42,545 nucleotides of DNA, taken from assembly GCA_001563915.1 (NCBI GenBank), contig LKMP01000007.1, positions 1 to 42,545 on the forward strand, in the 5' to 3' direction. A model generated the notes under the pieces. It worked only from the letters and a program-made list of their open reading frames with translations, was not told the DNA's origin and made no database searches. Of this stretch, positions 9,216 to 19,291 are shown in pieces. The stretch's first letter is position 1. Each line of letters begins with the position of its first letter. This stretch comes from Nanohaloarchaea archaeon B1-Br10_U2g21 (GTDB taxonomy: Archaea; Nanohalarchaeota; Nanosalinia; Nanosalinales; Nanosalinaceae). A program made the translations under genes and the position numbers.

Positions 9216-11099
9216 TTATTCTATCTCGCTTTTTCCAGGAGGAAGACATCTAATAATATAATCAAGATCTAGATTGTAGTCTTTGAACTTTCTATTGATT
9301 TCCTTCGCTATTTCCGATTTCTTGCTGTTTCCAGGTCTTAAAACTATTCTCTCCGGGCAATTCTCCTCTACAGCATCTTTTGGGCCGCATAAAGGTACGT
9401 AAATTCCATCTTCTATTTCATAAGGTCCTATAGCTGCATCAATTTTAATATTGTGCATGTATTCTCTGTCTCCTCTTATTACGAAAGCTCCCTGTGAAAG
9501 ATATTCGCCTGGCTCCGCTTCTTTAGTGACTTGTTCAGGGTTAACATAGTATACATCTGCTGCGCCTATTCCGGCTTTCCAAGCTTTAGTAAACGTCACT
9601 GCAGCGCGTCCTGCCTCCTTTAAAGTTGTTTCTGAAGCATCTTTGCCTTCTTTAATTACAGCGCTTGGCGCACCATCAAAATCAGAGTGAAGATATAGGT
9701 CTTTATCCTCCATATGTTTTTTCACCAACATTTCATTAGTCTGAGAATCTCGTCCTAAAATCACTAGATAGTCTTCAGAAGAGTAAAACCAGCGATACTT
9801 TTCAAACCACTTCTTACTTCTACGCTGTGATTTATCTTCCATTACTTCATTTTCAATCTCTAACTCTTCCTGGCTCAAATCATTGATTTTTTCCTGTGTC
9901 TTCTTCAAAGCTTTTCTAGCTCGATCCATTTTGGATTCGGAGTCTTTGGCTTTATCATAGTATCCTGATGCAGTAGCCTCTAAATCTTGGTAAAGATAGA
10001 TTTTGAGCCTTGTCTCTCCTACATTATATGAGAAAAACTTGTTTCTCTTATTCAAAGCTGTTACTTTTTCTGCTTCTGAGGATTCGGTTATTTTTTCTTT
10101 AACTGTAGTCCATCCATGTTCATCTATACCTCTCTTTAATGCAGACTTTGCTTTTTCTAATTCGTTGTAGTTTTCATAGATTAGTTCTGCATTTCGCCTG
10201 TTCTGCTCAGAAGATTTTTGTAAGCCTTCTATTTTTCTTTTTTGTTGTTCTTGCTGTCTTTCAAGACCTTCAAGTTTTTCATTGTACTTTGATTTTCTTT
10301 TCTCTTCCTGTTCTCGTTTTTCTCGACGGTAATAATATTCATCCATTGCTTCTGAAAGCGTTTCAAATTTTTCGGACTCCATGTTCTCATATTTTTGTAA
10401 GCTGAACGGCGCTGCTCTTTTTGGTAAGTCGTCAATGTAGAGAACTGGATCTTTTCCTGCTTCCAGAATGTCATTAAGTACTTCTTCTATACGATTTCGT
10501 TGTTCCTTGGTTAAATCGGATATCTCAGTGTTTTTATCTATATTTGCTCTTTTACAAGCTTCTTCTGAGTATGTTCCTCCTAAGGATAAATCTGAAGCCA
10601 GTCTTCTCACTAGCTCGCCGTCTTGAAGCAAATTAAAATATTTTTCTCCGCGAGGATCAGTTACAGGCTCTGGAAACTTGTATTCTAAACCTACTCGTAT
10701 CTCTCTTTCAGCCCATTCTTCTTCTCTGAGAGCTCCTATAATTTTATCGTTTTTTGTTAGTATATAATTGGATTTTCCGAACAGTTCCAGTATGAGTTTT
10801 ATGTCCCCGCTTTTCAGGATTAGAATTCGGTCGAATCCTCGCTGTTCTATTGAGTCTACTCGGCTTAAATGCTTTCTAAGTTCCATGCAAAAACCTGGAG
10901 GTCTTGTAGGATTATCTCGCTTATATTTTGTCAAAAATACGCGATCAGGACCAATGAGTAGCCTTTTCTTGTCCTCTCCAGGAACATATATTTCTATTGT
11001 TAGTTCGCTACCTCTCTGATACACTTTTTGGACATGTCCATCTTTAAGTTGGTTGAATTCTTCTTCAAGAACTGAGAGATCTAGACTGGTTACTTCCAT
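9216..11099 (-). CDS. rqcH: Ribosome quality-control factor RqcH/Rqc2 (NFACT/NEMF family)
   Basis: PPGFCMELRKHL, FDRIL, ELFGK.N, coiled coils, WFEKYRWF, GRD...NE, H.DFDGAP, GEYL..GAFVIRG; likely start ATG 11099. Confidence 0.93.
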   Translation of the reverse strand: MEVTSLDLSVLEEEFNQLKDGHVQKVYQRGSELTIEIYVPGEDKKRLLIGPDRVFLTKYKRDNPTRPPGFCMELRKHLSRVDSIEQRGFDRILILKSGDIKLILELFGKSNYILTKNDKIIGALREEEWAEREIRVGLEYKFPEPVTDPRGEKYFNLLQDGELVRRLASDLSLGGTYSEEACKRANIDKNTEISDLTKEQRNRIEEVLNDILEAGKDPVLYIDDLPKRAAPFSLQKYENMESEKFETLSEAMDEYYYRREKREQEEKRKSKYNEKLEGLERQQEQQKRKIEGLQKSSEQNRRNAELIYENYNELEKAKSALKRGIDEHGWTTVKEKITESSEAEKVTALNKRNKFFSYNVGETRLKIYLYQDLEATASGYYDKAKDSESKMDRARKALKKTQEKINDLSQEELEIENEVMEDKSQRRSKKWFEKYRWFYSSEDYLVILGRDSQTNEMLVKKHMEDKDLYLHSDFDGAPSAVIKEGKDASETTLKEAGRAAVTFTKAWKAGIGAADVYYVNPEQVTKEAEPGEYLSQGAFVIRGDREYMHNIKIDAAIGPYEIEDGIYVPLCGPKDAVEENCPERIVLRPGNSKKSEIAKEINRKFKDYNLDLDYIIRCLPPGKSEIE

Positions 11100-11144
11100 T
11101 ACTAGGATTGGTAACCTGTCTATCATTTATTAGTCTGTTTTTTC

Positions 11145-11651
11145 TCAGAAAGTCTCTTGCATCTCTTTTTCTTGCTGGTTCTTGAACTCGTTGATTGAGT
11201 CAATTTCGAAGTAGTCTAGGAAAAAATCTGTTGTATCAAGAATGGCTGTTCTCCCATCTTTCTCTTTTCTTATAAACCCCCTTTTTACTAGCTCCTTTAC
11301 GTGCTGATAGGCTCTGTTACCTCTCACGTCAATAATATGTTTTTGTTCTACCGGAGAGTTGTAAGCAATTATTGAAAGAGTGCGTAATTGGCCATCGTTT
11401 AAGTCCTGATGAGGGGCCAGATGAGAAACATCTTCTAAATGATTTTTTTTCACTTTTAGCTCGTATCCTGCATTAGTTTTAACAAGTTCAAGACCGCGAT
11501 GAGTGTCTTCAAGCATCTCTTCATATTCTTGTATTAGCATGTCGACGTATCCTATACTTCCAAGATTTAGCACGTCTGCGATGTCTTTTCTTTTTAATGG
11601 ATTTTCTGAGAGAAACAGTGCTGCTTCTAGTTTTGCCTTTTTCTCATCCAT
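11145..11651 (-). CDS. scpB: Segregation and condensation protein B
   Basis: LEAALF, LRTLSIIAY..P, I..VRG, GR....TT..FLDYF. Confidence 0.92.
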   Translation of the reverse strand: MDEKKAKLEAALFLSENPLKRKDIADVLNLGSIGYVDMLIQEYEEMLEDTHRGLELVKTNAGYELKVKKNHLEDVSHLAPHQDLNDGQLRTLSIIAYNSPVEQKHIIDVRGNRAYQHVKELVKRGFIRKEKDGRTAILDTTDFFLDYFEIDSINEFKNQQEKEMQETF

Positions 11652-11691
11652 TTATTCTGGCCTCTGTTACAGTATTTACATTCATGATTTT

Positions 11692-12384
11692 TTAGTTCAC
11701 CTTTTCAGGCCTAACATGTAATTCACCTAGGAACTCTTCCTGTATTAGTCTTACTTTTTCATCATTTTCAAGATGGAGCACATGTTTGAACTTCTCCAGT
11801 TTTTCTTCACGTTCTCTTTGATCGAGTAAGTTCTCGAATTCTATTGACTCATTGCTTGATTTCACGCTAGAAATGATAGAGTTCATTAATGAGTCTAATT
11901 TATCTGTTATATCATCTTCTTCTATCTTAAAAGCCTGATCCATTTCTATTCTCATTTCTTGCCTTTGTTCTCTCCGTTCATGAACTTGTAAAGCATCATC
12001 TAGCGCGGCTTTTAATTCTTCAAAACGCATGCGTCGTTTAGGCCTGTTTTTTACAGGTATATTGAGTTTAGGCCCTACTTTTACAGGATTTTCCTCTTCT
12101 TCTTTTTCTTCGTCCTCGAAGTCAAGAGGATTATCAGCGATTTCCTCTTCATTTTCTTCTGGGGCATAAATAGCCATAGTTTTCATGTTCAAAAGCGCTG
12201 CGCATATACGGATGGCTTTAGCAGATATGGATAGGTCGTGTTCATGCATTTCAGAGACATATTCCCTATATCTATCTGCAAGTACTTTGATATCTATTTC
12301 TTGAGGAGGCATATCAGCTGTTAGGAACTCTAGAGTTTCTTCCCAGGGCTGATCTGCAATCATTTCTAGTTGTTGCTTCTCCAT
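11692..12384 (-). CDS. scpA: Segregation and condensation protein A (kleisin)
   Basis: P.EIDI..LAD.Y, AALL.MKT, R....EEL..AL, C-terminal F..VLHL....V.L.QEEF.GEL; next to scpB and smc. Confidence 0.88.
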   Translation of the reverse strand: MEKQQLEMIADQPWEETLEFLTADMPPQEIDIKVLADRYREYVSEMHEHDLSISAKAIRICAALLNMKTMAIYAPEENEEEIADNPLDFEDEEKEEEENPVKVGPKLNIPVKNRPKRRMRFEELKAALDDALQVHERREQRQEMRIEMDQAFKIEEDDITDKLDSLMNSIISSVKSSNESIEFENLLDQREREEKLEKFKHVLHLENDEKVRLIQEEFLGELHVRPEKVN

Positions 12385-12491
12385 TTGTACGACTCCATTG
12401 CTATTACCCCTCTCAATAAATTTTTGGGCTTTCTAACATTTAAATTAATCTTCTCTGCGGCACATTAGATGGCGGATAGGCCTCTCGTTCT

Positions 12492-13760
12492 CTAGATTAT
12501 GTTGCAGTTATAGATATTTTTCTTGTATTCAATGTGGAATTCTTTTCCATTAAATCGGTCTTGGAAGTATTGTTCGCTGCTGCTGAAATCAAATTCTACT
12601 AATTTGTTGACTTCTTGTTCATCTAGTATAGGGAAGTTTCCTAGTGAGTGCAGGTTTATTACAAATTTACGCAGTTCCGGGTATTTTAGATATAATTCGA
12701 TATCATAGTGTGCGGCTCCATAAGTGTAGAATAATGTTGGTTTTCTTCCTGTTCTTTGAGTCATGGTGTCTGCGATTGTATTTTCCATTTTTTCAGCTAT
12801 CAGGGCGCTTCTTGCAGATGCAGGGTCTAAGATGTGGATGACGCTAAGTTCTCGTATCTTTATTCCTTTATTTGCTAATGCTGTTGAAACAATGCCTATT
12901 AAAACTGCGGTTCCTGATAGGTAACCGGCTGCAAGAGCACTAGTTGATACAAGGCCTGCTGGAGCTGCTGCTAACGCAACTAATGGTGCTACTCTTTGTG
13001 AGGGGGCGTGAAGAAGTTCTTCAACCATGTAGTCTAGTTTTGAATCAATATTTTCTGCCCGACTTCCGCGCACGTCGCCTAGAAATAAAGGCTTTCTACT
13101 CTTTAACGAGTTTTCATAAATGAGTTGAGAATACGTGTTGTGCCCGAATTTGTCGCTTCTTTGCGCGTCTACCGGATTTTGATAGAGATTTTTTAGCGTT
13201 ATCTGATCTAAAGGTACGCCTGCACCTTCTAGGATAAAACAGTCGGATTTTTCGTAGTATTTTTCAAATATTTTAAGGAGCTTGTTGTGATCTGATTGAT
13301 AGGTACATATGTAATTGGCTTTTTTCGTAGAGAAAGTACTATCCATCCTAATATTGGAAATATCATTTTCTACGGAAGATTCCTTAATTTTTTCATAATT
13401 TATCAGGAACCCTGTGAATTCTTCGATAGCCTTTATGTATGTAAGGCCTTTATTTCCGGCCATTTCTAGGTTATTTTGCTGGTGTTTTCGCTCTAATTCT
13501 TTCTCTAGATTCTCTATTTTTCGCTCTGTAAGGACTAATTTCTCCAGCTCTTTTTTGTCCAATGATTTTCCATGATTTAGAATTTGGTCAACTTCATTGA
13601 ACAAGCGGAGCGTCTGTTTTTGTTCATATTTAACCTCTTGAAGTAGTTCTTTATCCCAATCTGAGTTGGTATCGTACTTTAGAAGATTATCATACCATTC
13701 AGCTAAGTTTTTAGATAGTTTTGAGAGCTGCCAAAGTAGGTATTCTTCATCTTTGTTCAT
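12492..13760 (-). CDS. Hypothetical protein: coiled coil plus possible TraB/Tiki/EreA-ChaN-like domain with a hydrophobic hairpin
   Basis: YQSDH...DCFILEG...ARSALIAEK...YTYGAAH pattern; about 38-aa Ala/Gly-rich hydrophobic stretch; starts 12 bp after smc. Confidence 0.6.
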   Translation of the reverse strand: MNKDEEYLLWQLSKLSKNLAEWYDNLLKYDTNSDWDKELLQEVKYEQKQTLRLFNEVDQILNHGKSLDKKELEKLVLTERKIENLEKELERKHQQNNLEMAGNKGLTYIKAIEEFTGFLINYEKIKESSVENDISNIRMDSTFSTKKANYICTYQSDHNKLLKIFEKYYEKSDCFILEGAGVPLDQITLKNLYQNPVDAQRSDKFGHNTYSQLIYENSLKSRKPLFLGDVRGSRAENIDSKLDYMVEELLHAPSQRVAPLVALAAAPAGLVSTSALAAGYLSGTAVLIGIVSTALANKGIKIRELSVIHILDPASARSALIAEKMENTIADTMTQRTGRKPTLFYTYGAAHYDIELYLKYPELRKFVINLHSLGNFPILDEQEVNKLVEFDFSSSEQYFQDRFNGKEFHIEYKKNIYNCNII

Positions 13761-13772
13761 TCTGAATCGTTC

Positions 13773-16292
13773 TTATAGTTCAATGCTTCTGATTTTTGAA
13801 ACACCATCTCTCATTGAGACTCCATAAGCTCTTTCTGCGTGCCTTACAGTAGTATCATCGTGGCTGATAACAATGAACTGATTGTCGTCTGCGTAGTCTT
13901 TTAACAGTTCTGACAGCTTTTTAGCATTGGTTGTATCAAGTGCGGCGTCTATCTCATCCATTATGTAAAATGGTGAGCTTTCGTACTCTAAAATAGCAAA
14001 TACAAATGCTATGGCTGTAAGAGTGCGTTCTCCTCCGGACAAGGCCTCTATAATGTGAGGGTCTTTGTTCGGTGGAGCTGCTCGGATTTTAAGACCTTTT
14101 TCTATGTTGTCATCTTCTATAACAAGTTCTCCTTTTCCTCCGCCAAATAATCGTTCAAATATTCTAGAGAAGCTTGATTCTATCTCATTATAGACGGCCA
14201 TAAATCTATCTCGCTTCTCTGACTCAATCTCATCTATAAGGTCTTCTATCTCTAGTTTTTCGCGCCTGACTTCAGATACTTTTTCATTAAATTTATCGAA
14301 CTCTTCTTTCTTTATCTTATATTCTTCGATTGCTCTCATGTTTACAGGACCCATAGAGTTCTGTTTTTTCACTACCTTTCTTTTCTTCGAGTTTAATTCT
14401 TCTGGACTCGAATCTAAGCCTGTAAGCTCTTCATCACTGTATCCGTATTCTTCTAGGTCTGATTTAACGTTTTCTAGTTCAGCTTTGAGCTTAGCTTTCT
14501 TTCCTCCAACCTCATTGACCTTAGTTTTCAGTTTTTCTCGTTCGCTGTAGAATTTTTGCCTCTTAGAGCGTAGATCTTTCAATTCTTCGCGTATATTTTT
14601 TCTCTCCTCGATTAATTCTTCCGATGTTTCTTGTTCTTCTTCTTTCCGATTCTTCATCTCCTTTAATTCTGCTATATCCCTTTGTAAGTCCTTAACCTCT
14701 TGCTTCACTTTTTTCTTCTCTTTTTTCTTTTTACTAGGGTCAAGATTGCTAGATAGACCGCTACTTTTTTTCCGTCTTTTCTTCTTTTTACCGCCACTCA
14801 TGGCTCCTCCGCGCGACATGACGTCGCCGTCTAGAGTCACTGCTCTTATACCATCTACGTTCTTCACCGAGTTTAGATCTTCTGATATTACTGTATCGCT
14901 AAAAACGTAGTTAACGGCTTTTTCATAACTTGAGTCATATTCTACAAGGTCGCCTGCGTAATCAATTACACCTTTCTTTTTCAACGCAATTCTTGATTTG
15001 GCAGAGCGCGATCGGTCTTTTATTTTATCTAGGGGCAGCATTCTTGCACGGCCTATATTTTCTCTTTTCAAGTAATCAATAGCTCTAGTAGCCACGTCCC
15101 TGTCTTTAACGACAATGTCGTTCATATGGCCTCCGGCAGCCGTCTCTATGGCTACAGCATATCTATTATTAGCAGAGATAAGGTCCTGAAAACTTCCGTA
15201 GACGCCATCCCAGTCCAGACTTAGTACTGCATCGACGGCCCTGTTACCTGATCTGCTACGATTCTGCATGCTTTCAAGCTCTTTTATTTGTTTCTCTAGG
15301 CTGTCTACACGATCCTTCTTATTCTCGATCTCTCCTTTCTTTTTCTCTATACGATTTTGAAGGTGCTGTACATCGTTCCCACTTTGTTGTTGATCTTCAA
15401 TCTCCTCTATACGATCCTGTTTAGACTCTATAGTAGAATCTATTTCTTCTAGCTCAGAATTTAGTTTTTCTATACGTTCTCGGTTGTCTGAGACATCAGT
15501 ATTAATGTTAGCAAGTCTATTGGCGATAGCTCGTTTCCTTACCTCAAGTACGGAGGCTTCAAGCTTCTCTTTGCGCTTTTCAAGTTCACGATACTTGATA
15601 GCCATCTCTTTTTCTTCCTTTAACTTGTTAAGGTAGTCTCTTTTCTCTTCAAGAAGAAGTTCTTGTTCTCTAAGCTGCTCTTCAACTTCTTCAAGTTCTT
15701 CTAAGGCTTCATCACGTTTTTCATCGAATTCAGATATCCCTGATAGATCATCTATTACTTTTCGTCTTGCTACAGGGCTTTGCTCAACTATCTCTGTTAC
15801 TTTTCCTTGTCGCACAAAGTGATAGCCATCAGGATCAATATTCGCTCTTCTTGCAATATCATCTATCTTCTGTTTTTTACAGTTAGATCCCTGGAAACGA
15901 TACATAGAGCTGCCTGCTCGAGTAATTTTACGACCTACTTCTATCTCATCAGATTCCTCGTCATCTTCTAAAAACTCATCAAAAAGACCTGAGGAGTTAT
16001 CAAGATATACAGTTACTTCTGCATAGTCTGCGGCAGACCTTGATTCGCCTCCGTTAAATATTAACTGCTCCATTTTTTCTGCTCTAAGCTTTGAGCTTCG
16101 TCTTCCAAATACAAAGCTTAATGCGTCCAAAACATTTGATTTTCCTGATCCATTTTCTCCTACAATTGCAGTCAAGCCTTTGAAAAATGGTACGCTTGTC
16201 TTTCTTTGAAAGGACTTGAATCCTCTACACGTTACTTTATTAATCTGTGTCTCTTCTGCAGATACCTGTTGCTCTGTCTCTGTCTCAGCCAT
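13773..16292 (-). CDS. smc: Chromosome segregation ATPase SMC (short-arm form)
   Basis: GFKSF, Walker A GENGSGKSN, hinge (GVYG...VTLDGD...GGAMSGG), GPVN, LSGGE, MDEIDAALD, ISH; likely start ATG 16292. Confidence 0.96.
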   Translation of the reverse strand: MAETETEQQVSAEETQINKVTCRGFKSFQRKTSVPFFKGLTAIVGENGSGKSNVLDALSFVFGRRSSKLRAEKMEQLIFNGGESRSAADYAEVTVYLDNSSGLFDEFLEDDEESDEIEVGRKITRAGSSMYRFQGSNCKKQKIDDIARRANIDPDGYHFVRQGKVTEIVEQSPVARRKVIDDLSGISEFDEKRDEALEELEEVEEQLREQELLLEEKRDYLNKLKEEKEMAIKYRELEKRKEKLEASVLEVRKRAIANRLANINTDVSDNRERIEKLNSELEEIDSTIESKQDRIEEIEDQQQSGNDVQHLQNRIEKKKGEIENKKDRVDSLEKQIKELESMQNRSRSGNRAVDAVLSLDWDGVYGSFQDLISANNRYAVAIETAAGGHMNDIVVKDRDVATRAIDYLKRENIGRARMLPLDKIKDRSRSAKSRIALKKKGVIDYAGDLVEYDSSYEKAVNYVFSDTVISEDLNSVKNVDGIRAVTLDGDVMSRGGAMSGGKKKKRRKKSSGLSSNLDPSKKKKEKKKVKQEVKDLQRDIAELKEMKNRKEEEQETSEELIEERKNIREELKDLRSKRQKFYSEREKLKTKVNEVGGKKAKLKAELENVKSDLEEYGYSDEELTGLDSSPEELNSKKRKVVKKQNSMGPVNMRAIEEYKIKKEEFDKFNEKVSEVRREKLEIEDLIDEIESEKRDRFMAVYNEIESSFSRIFERLFGGGKGELVIEDDNIEKGLKIRAAPPNKDPHIIEALSGGERTLTAIAFVFAILEYESSPFYIMDEIDAALDTTNAKKLSELLKDYADDNQFIVISHDDTTVRHAERAYGVSMRDGVSKIRSIEL

Positions 16293-16358
16293 TAGATAAT
16301 CAGTTAGGTTTAGAGAATAAAAAACACTTGGAATTAATTTATTGAACAAAATTATTGA

Positions 16359-17204
16359 TTAATTTTGGACAATGTATAGGCCTTCATTTTTGTCTTCGTT
16401 ACAGCTTTCTATTTGGGAAATGGAGAGTTCATTCGCTTCAAAATCTTCAGTTTCTAGTTGTATGTCTCCTCCACGTCCTGAGTGATCATCCCAAGAAACA
16501 TGTTCCGAAATGTGATCTGTTTCTCCTGGTGATAGATATAGTGATGTATAATGGCCGGGACCTAATTCTCCTTCTTCGAGCAGACCTGACTCGTTAAATA
16601 CACAGTAACTATGAGTGCTGTGCCCTATTCTTTCAGATACAAAGTTGTTGTTAGTATAACTAATATTTGTGAAGCTGATTCTCTCACCTTCTGCTAACTC
16701 AATTCTATCGACATTCTCAACTTGGGAGTCTATAACAAGGAATCCGCTGTAATACAAAAGACCTATGCATAAAACAAGCAGTCCTAAAAGACTGTAAAGG
16801 TTATATGCTGTGTTTTCTAAATAGACGTGAATTTTAAAGTCTAGGATAAGCAAAGAGGCAGTTATAATAAGTGAAAAGACAAGGAATCCTGTTATAAAGT
16901 AGAGAAAAGAAGTTCCTGGAGTATTAAAGAATAGAAAAACGGGTATGGAGAAATAGGCTGACAAAAGTATTACCGAAATCTTCCTCAGTTTGGAATAATT
17001 TGCTTTTGCTAAAAGATTGTAAATAAACAATAATGATACTAAGCTAAAAATAGCTAATTTTACTGGGTTAAAACGGCTAAGCATTGGTGAAAACAGAACT
17101 AGGGCTAAAAATCCTGAAATAGCTATTACAGGAACTAAAATGAGGCCTATAATTATTTCTTTCTTGTAAAAAAGATCTTTAAAATCTCCTACAGCTAAGC
17201 CCAT
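16359..17204 (-). CDS. Hypothetical membrane protein with an extracellular C-terminal domain
   Basis: About 5 TM helices, then an acidic beta-rich domain with two Cys. Confidence 0.75.
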   Translation of the reverse strand: MGLAVGDFKDLFYKKEIIIGLILVPVIAISGFLALVLFSPMLSRFNPVKLAIFSLVSLLFIYNLLAKANYSKLRKISVILLSAYFSIPVFLFFNTPGTSFLYFITGFLVFSLIITASLLILDFKIHVYLENTAYNLYSLLGLLVLCIGLLYYSGFLVIDSQVENVDRIELAEGERISFTNISYTNNNFVSERIGHSTHSYCVFNESGLLEEGELGPGHYTSLYLSPGETDHISEHVSWDDHSGRGGDIQLETEDFEANELSISQIESCNEDKNEGLYIVQN

Positions 17205-17279
17205 AAAAAAGATTTTCTTCAGTTACAGCTATTAAAATTGTTGATAATAAAAAGAGAAGATATGAGGAGGGTGAACATA

Positions 17280-18587
17280 TTATGGTGTTAGTCTGCTTGG
17301 ATCCCTCGGGAATAAGATAGACTCTTTAACGTTTTCGAGCCCAGCTACCTGCTTAACCAGTCTATCAATACCCAGTCCGTATCCTCCATGAGGAGGCATA
17401 CCGAACTTGAATGATTCTAGGTAGAAGGAAACGTCTTCTGGGTCTACCCCATCCTTCTCCATTCCTGCTTCAAGCCTGTCGAGGTCGTGTTCTCGCTGCC
17501 CTCCTGAAGCAAGTTCTAGCCCTTTGTAAATAAGGTCAAATCTTCTACTTTGATATTCGTCTCCTTCACGAGCTTCCATATAATAGAACTTTTCATCAGG
17601 ATAACCAATGACAAAGAATGCGGGATGCCCTTTTTCCTCGAAGTACTTGCCTAGAAGTTTTTCGCCTTTGGTATCCAAGTCGCTTTCATCTTCGGGTACA
17701 TGACCAAACTCTTCTTCTAGGATTTCGCGTGCTTTTTCAAACTTGATTCTAGGGAAGTCTTCTTCTGGAATATTGAGGTCTATTCCTAATGTTTCAAGCT
17801 CATCCGCACATCGCTCTCCGACTTTTTCTAATGTATGTTTTAGAGAGCCTTCAAGTACATCCATCACATCATGCTGATCCTCAATAAACGCAATTTCCAC
17901 ATCAAACATTGATATTTCCGAGATGTGTCGCGAAGTCGCAAACTCTTCAGCTCGGAAAGCAGTACCGGTCTCATAGACCTTATCAAAACCAGCAGCCATC
18001 AACATCTGCTTGTAGAGCTGAGGGCTTTGAGATAGGAATGCCTCTTCTCCATAATAAACTACTGGGAAGAGTTCAGCTCCCCCTTCAGCACCCATCTTGG
18101 CGATAGTAGGAGTATTAATCTTGATGAAGTCGTTTTCGGCAAAGTATTCTTCCATTGATTCGATTATTTTCCCTCTCAATGAGAAAATTGCATGTTTTTC
18201 TGGCTGTCTCAAATCGATGAAACGATTGTCAAGTCTGGTGGAGAGATCTGAATCAATATCTTTGGATATTTCAAGAGGTAGAGGAGAATCGGCTTCTGAA
18301 ACTAGTTCAAATTCTTCTGGATGCATTTCTCTATCTCCGGGCGCCTGCTGATTTGCTTGGACGGTCCCTGAGGCCTGCACTACATCTTCACGGCCTACTC
18401 TCTGAGCTTTTTCAAACAACTCATTATTATCATCTTCTTTGAATGTTAACTGGATTTTTCCTTTACGATCTCTGAGTATTACAAATGTTATACCTCCAAG
18501 ATCTCTGATATCATGTATCCAGCCTGCAACTGTGAATTTTTCGCCATCGTCATCTTCTGTGATTTCGTTAGTATAGGTTCTCTCCAT
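17280..18587 (-). CDS. aspS: Aspartate--tRNA(Asp/Asn) ligase, archaeal, likely non-discriminating
   Basis: [15 protein letters not shown] loop (His/Pro typical of non-discriminating enzymes), [29 protein letters not shown]; likely start ATG 18587. Confidence 0.96.
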   Translation of the reverse strand: MERTYTNEITEDDDGEKFTVAGWIHDIRDLGGITFVILRDRKGKIQLTFKEDDNNELFEKAQRVGREDVVQASGTVQANQQAPGDREMHPEEFELVSEADSPLPLEISKDIDSDLSTRLDNRFIDLRQPEKHAIFSLRGKIIESMEEYFAENDFIKINTPTIAKMGAEGGAELFPVVYYGEEAFLSQSPQLYKQMLMAAGFDKVYETGTAFRAEEFATSRHISEISMFDVEIAFIEDQHDVMDVLEGSLKHTLEKVGERCADELETLGIDLNIPEEDFPRIKFEKAREILEEEFGHVPEDESDLDTKGEKLLGKYFEEKGHPAFFVIGYPDEKFYYMEAREGDEYQSRRFDLIYKGLELASGGQREHDLDRLEAGMEKDGVDPEDVSFYLESFKFGMPPHGGYGLGIDRLVKQVAGLENVKESILFPRDPSRLTP

Positions 18588-18652
18588 TTTTAATGCCACA
18601 TTCATCTCTTCGACGCAAATTTTTTTATCAGCTCAGGACTCTCACTGGTTAT

Positions 18653-19165
18653 ATGGTACTTAACAGGGAACAGCTCAGAAAGATGATAGAGGAAAAAGAT
18701 CTTATACAGAATTACATAGACTTGGAGACACAGTTAACTCCACAAGGTTTTGATTTAACCGCGGGGGAAATACACAGGTATAATGGAAGTGGTAAGCTAG
18801 ATTTCTCGAATTCAGAACGGGAAATACCTGGATCAGAGAAAATTAGCCCTGAAAAAAAGAAAGGAGATGACTACGGCTGGTGGCATCTAGAGAAAGGAAT
18901 ATACAAGGTTGTGATGAATGAACGCGTAGATATACCAAATAATTTGACAGGTTTTGCTTATCCAAGGAGTTCTCTCTTGAGAATGGGATGCAGTATTGAA
19001 AACGCAGTCTGGGACTCAGGTTATATAGGTACAGGAGCGTTTATGCTGGTTGTAGAGAATCCGGAAGGGGTCAGTATAAAAGAAAATGCACGTGTAAATC
19101 AGTTATTGTTTCAAGAAACGGAGGAAACAGGTCAGGGTTACTCTGGCAGGTACCACGAAGGATAA
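18653..19165 (+). CDS. dut: Archaeal dUTPase (trimeric dUTPase/dCTP deaminase family)
   Basis: QLTPQGFDLT, PRSSLLRMG, AVWDSGY.G, RVNQL, C-terminal GYSGRY; likely start ATG 18653. Confidence 0.85.
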   Translation: MVLNREQLRKMIEEKDLIQNYIDLETQLTPQGFDLTAGEIHRYNGSGKLDFSNSEREIPGSEKISPEKKKGDDYGWWHLEKGIYKVVMNERVDIPNNLTGFAYPRSSLLRMGCSIENAVWDSGYIGTGAFMLVVENPEGVSIKENARVNQLLFQETEETGQGYSGRYHEG

Positions 19166-19174
19166 GTATTTTTT

Positions 19175-19244
19175 CGGTGATGATGAGAAAAACACCCGCT
19201 GAGCTTGAAAGAGCAGTGATGAAAGTTTGAACACCTCTGAACCG
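19175..19244 (+). ncRNA. Box C/D methylation guide sRNA (canonical dual guide)
   Basis: Terminal stem CGGT/ACCG; C box ATGATGA 19180-86; 12-nt guide; D' CTGA 19199-202; GCTT-GAAA-GAGC hairpin; C' GTGATGA 19216-22; 14-nt guide; D CTGA 19237-40. Confidence 0.92.
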
Positions 19245-19291
19245 CTATATTTTTCCGTTAACTTTTATACTGGGTTAACCAATTAAGTGAT

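Noticed and set aside
19187-19236. 23S rRNA A-loop (U2552/G2553) as the target of the first C/D sRNA
   Set aside because: The UGUU core fits, but flanking pairing with the consensus helix 92 sequence is poor and the organism's rRNA is not available
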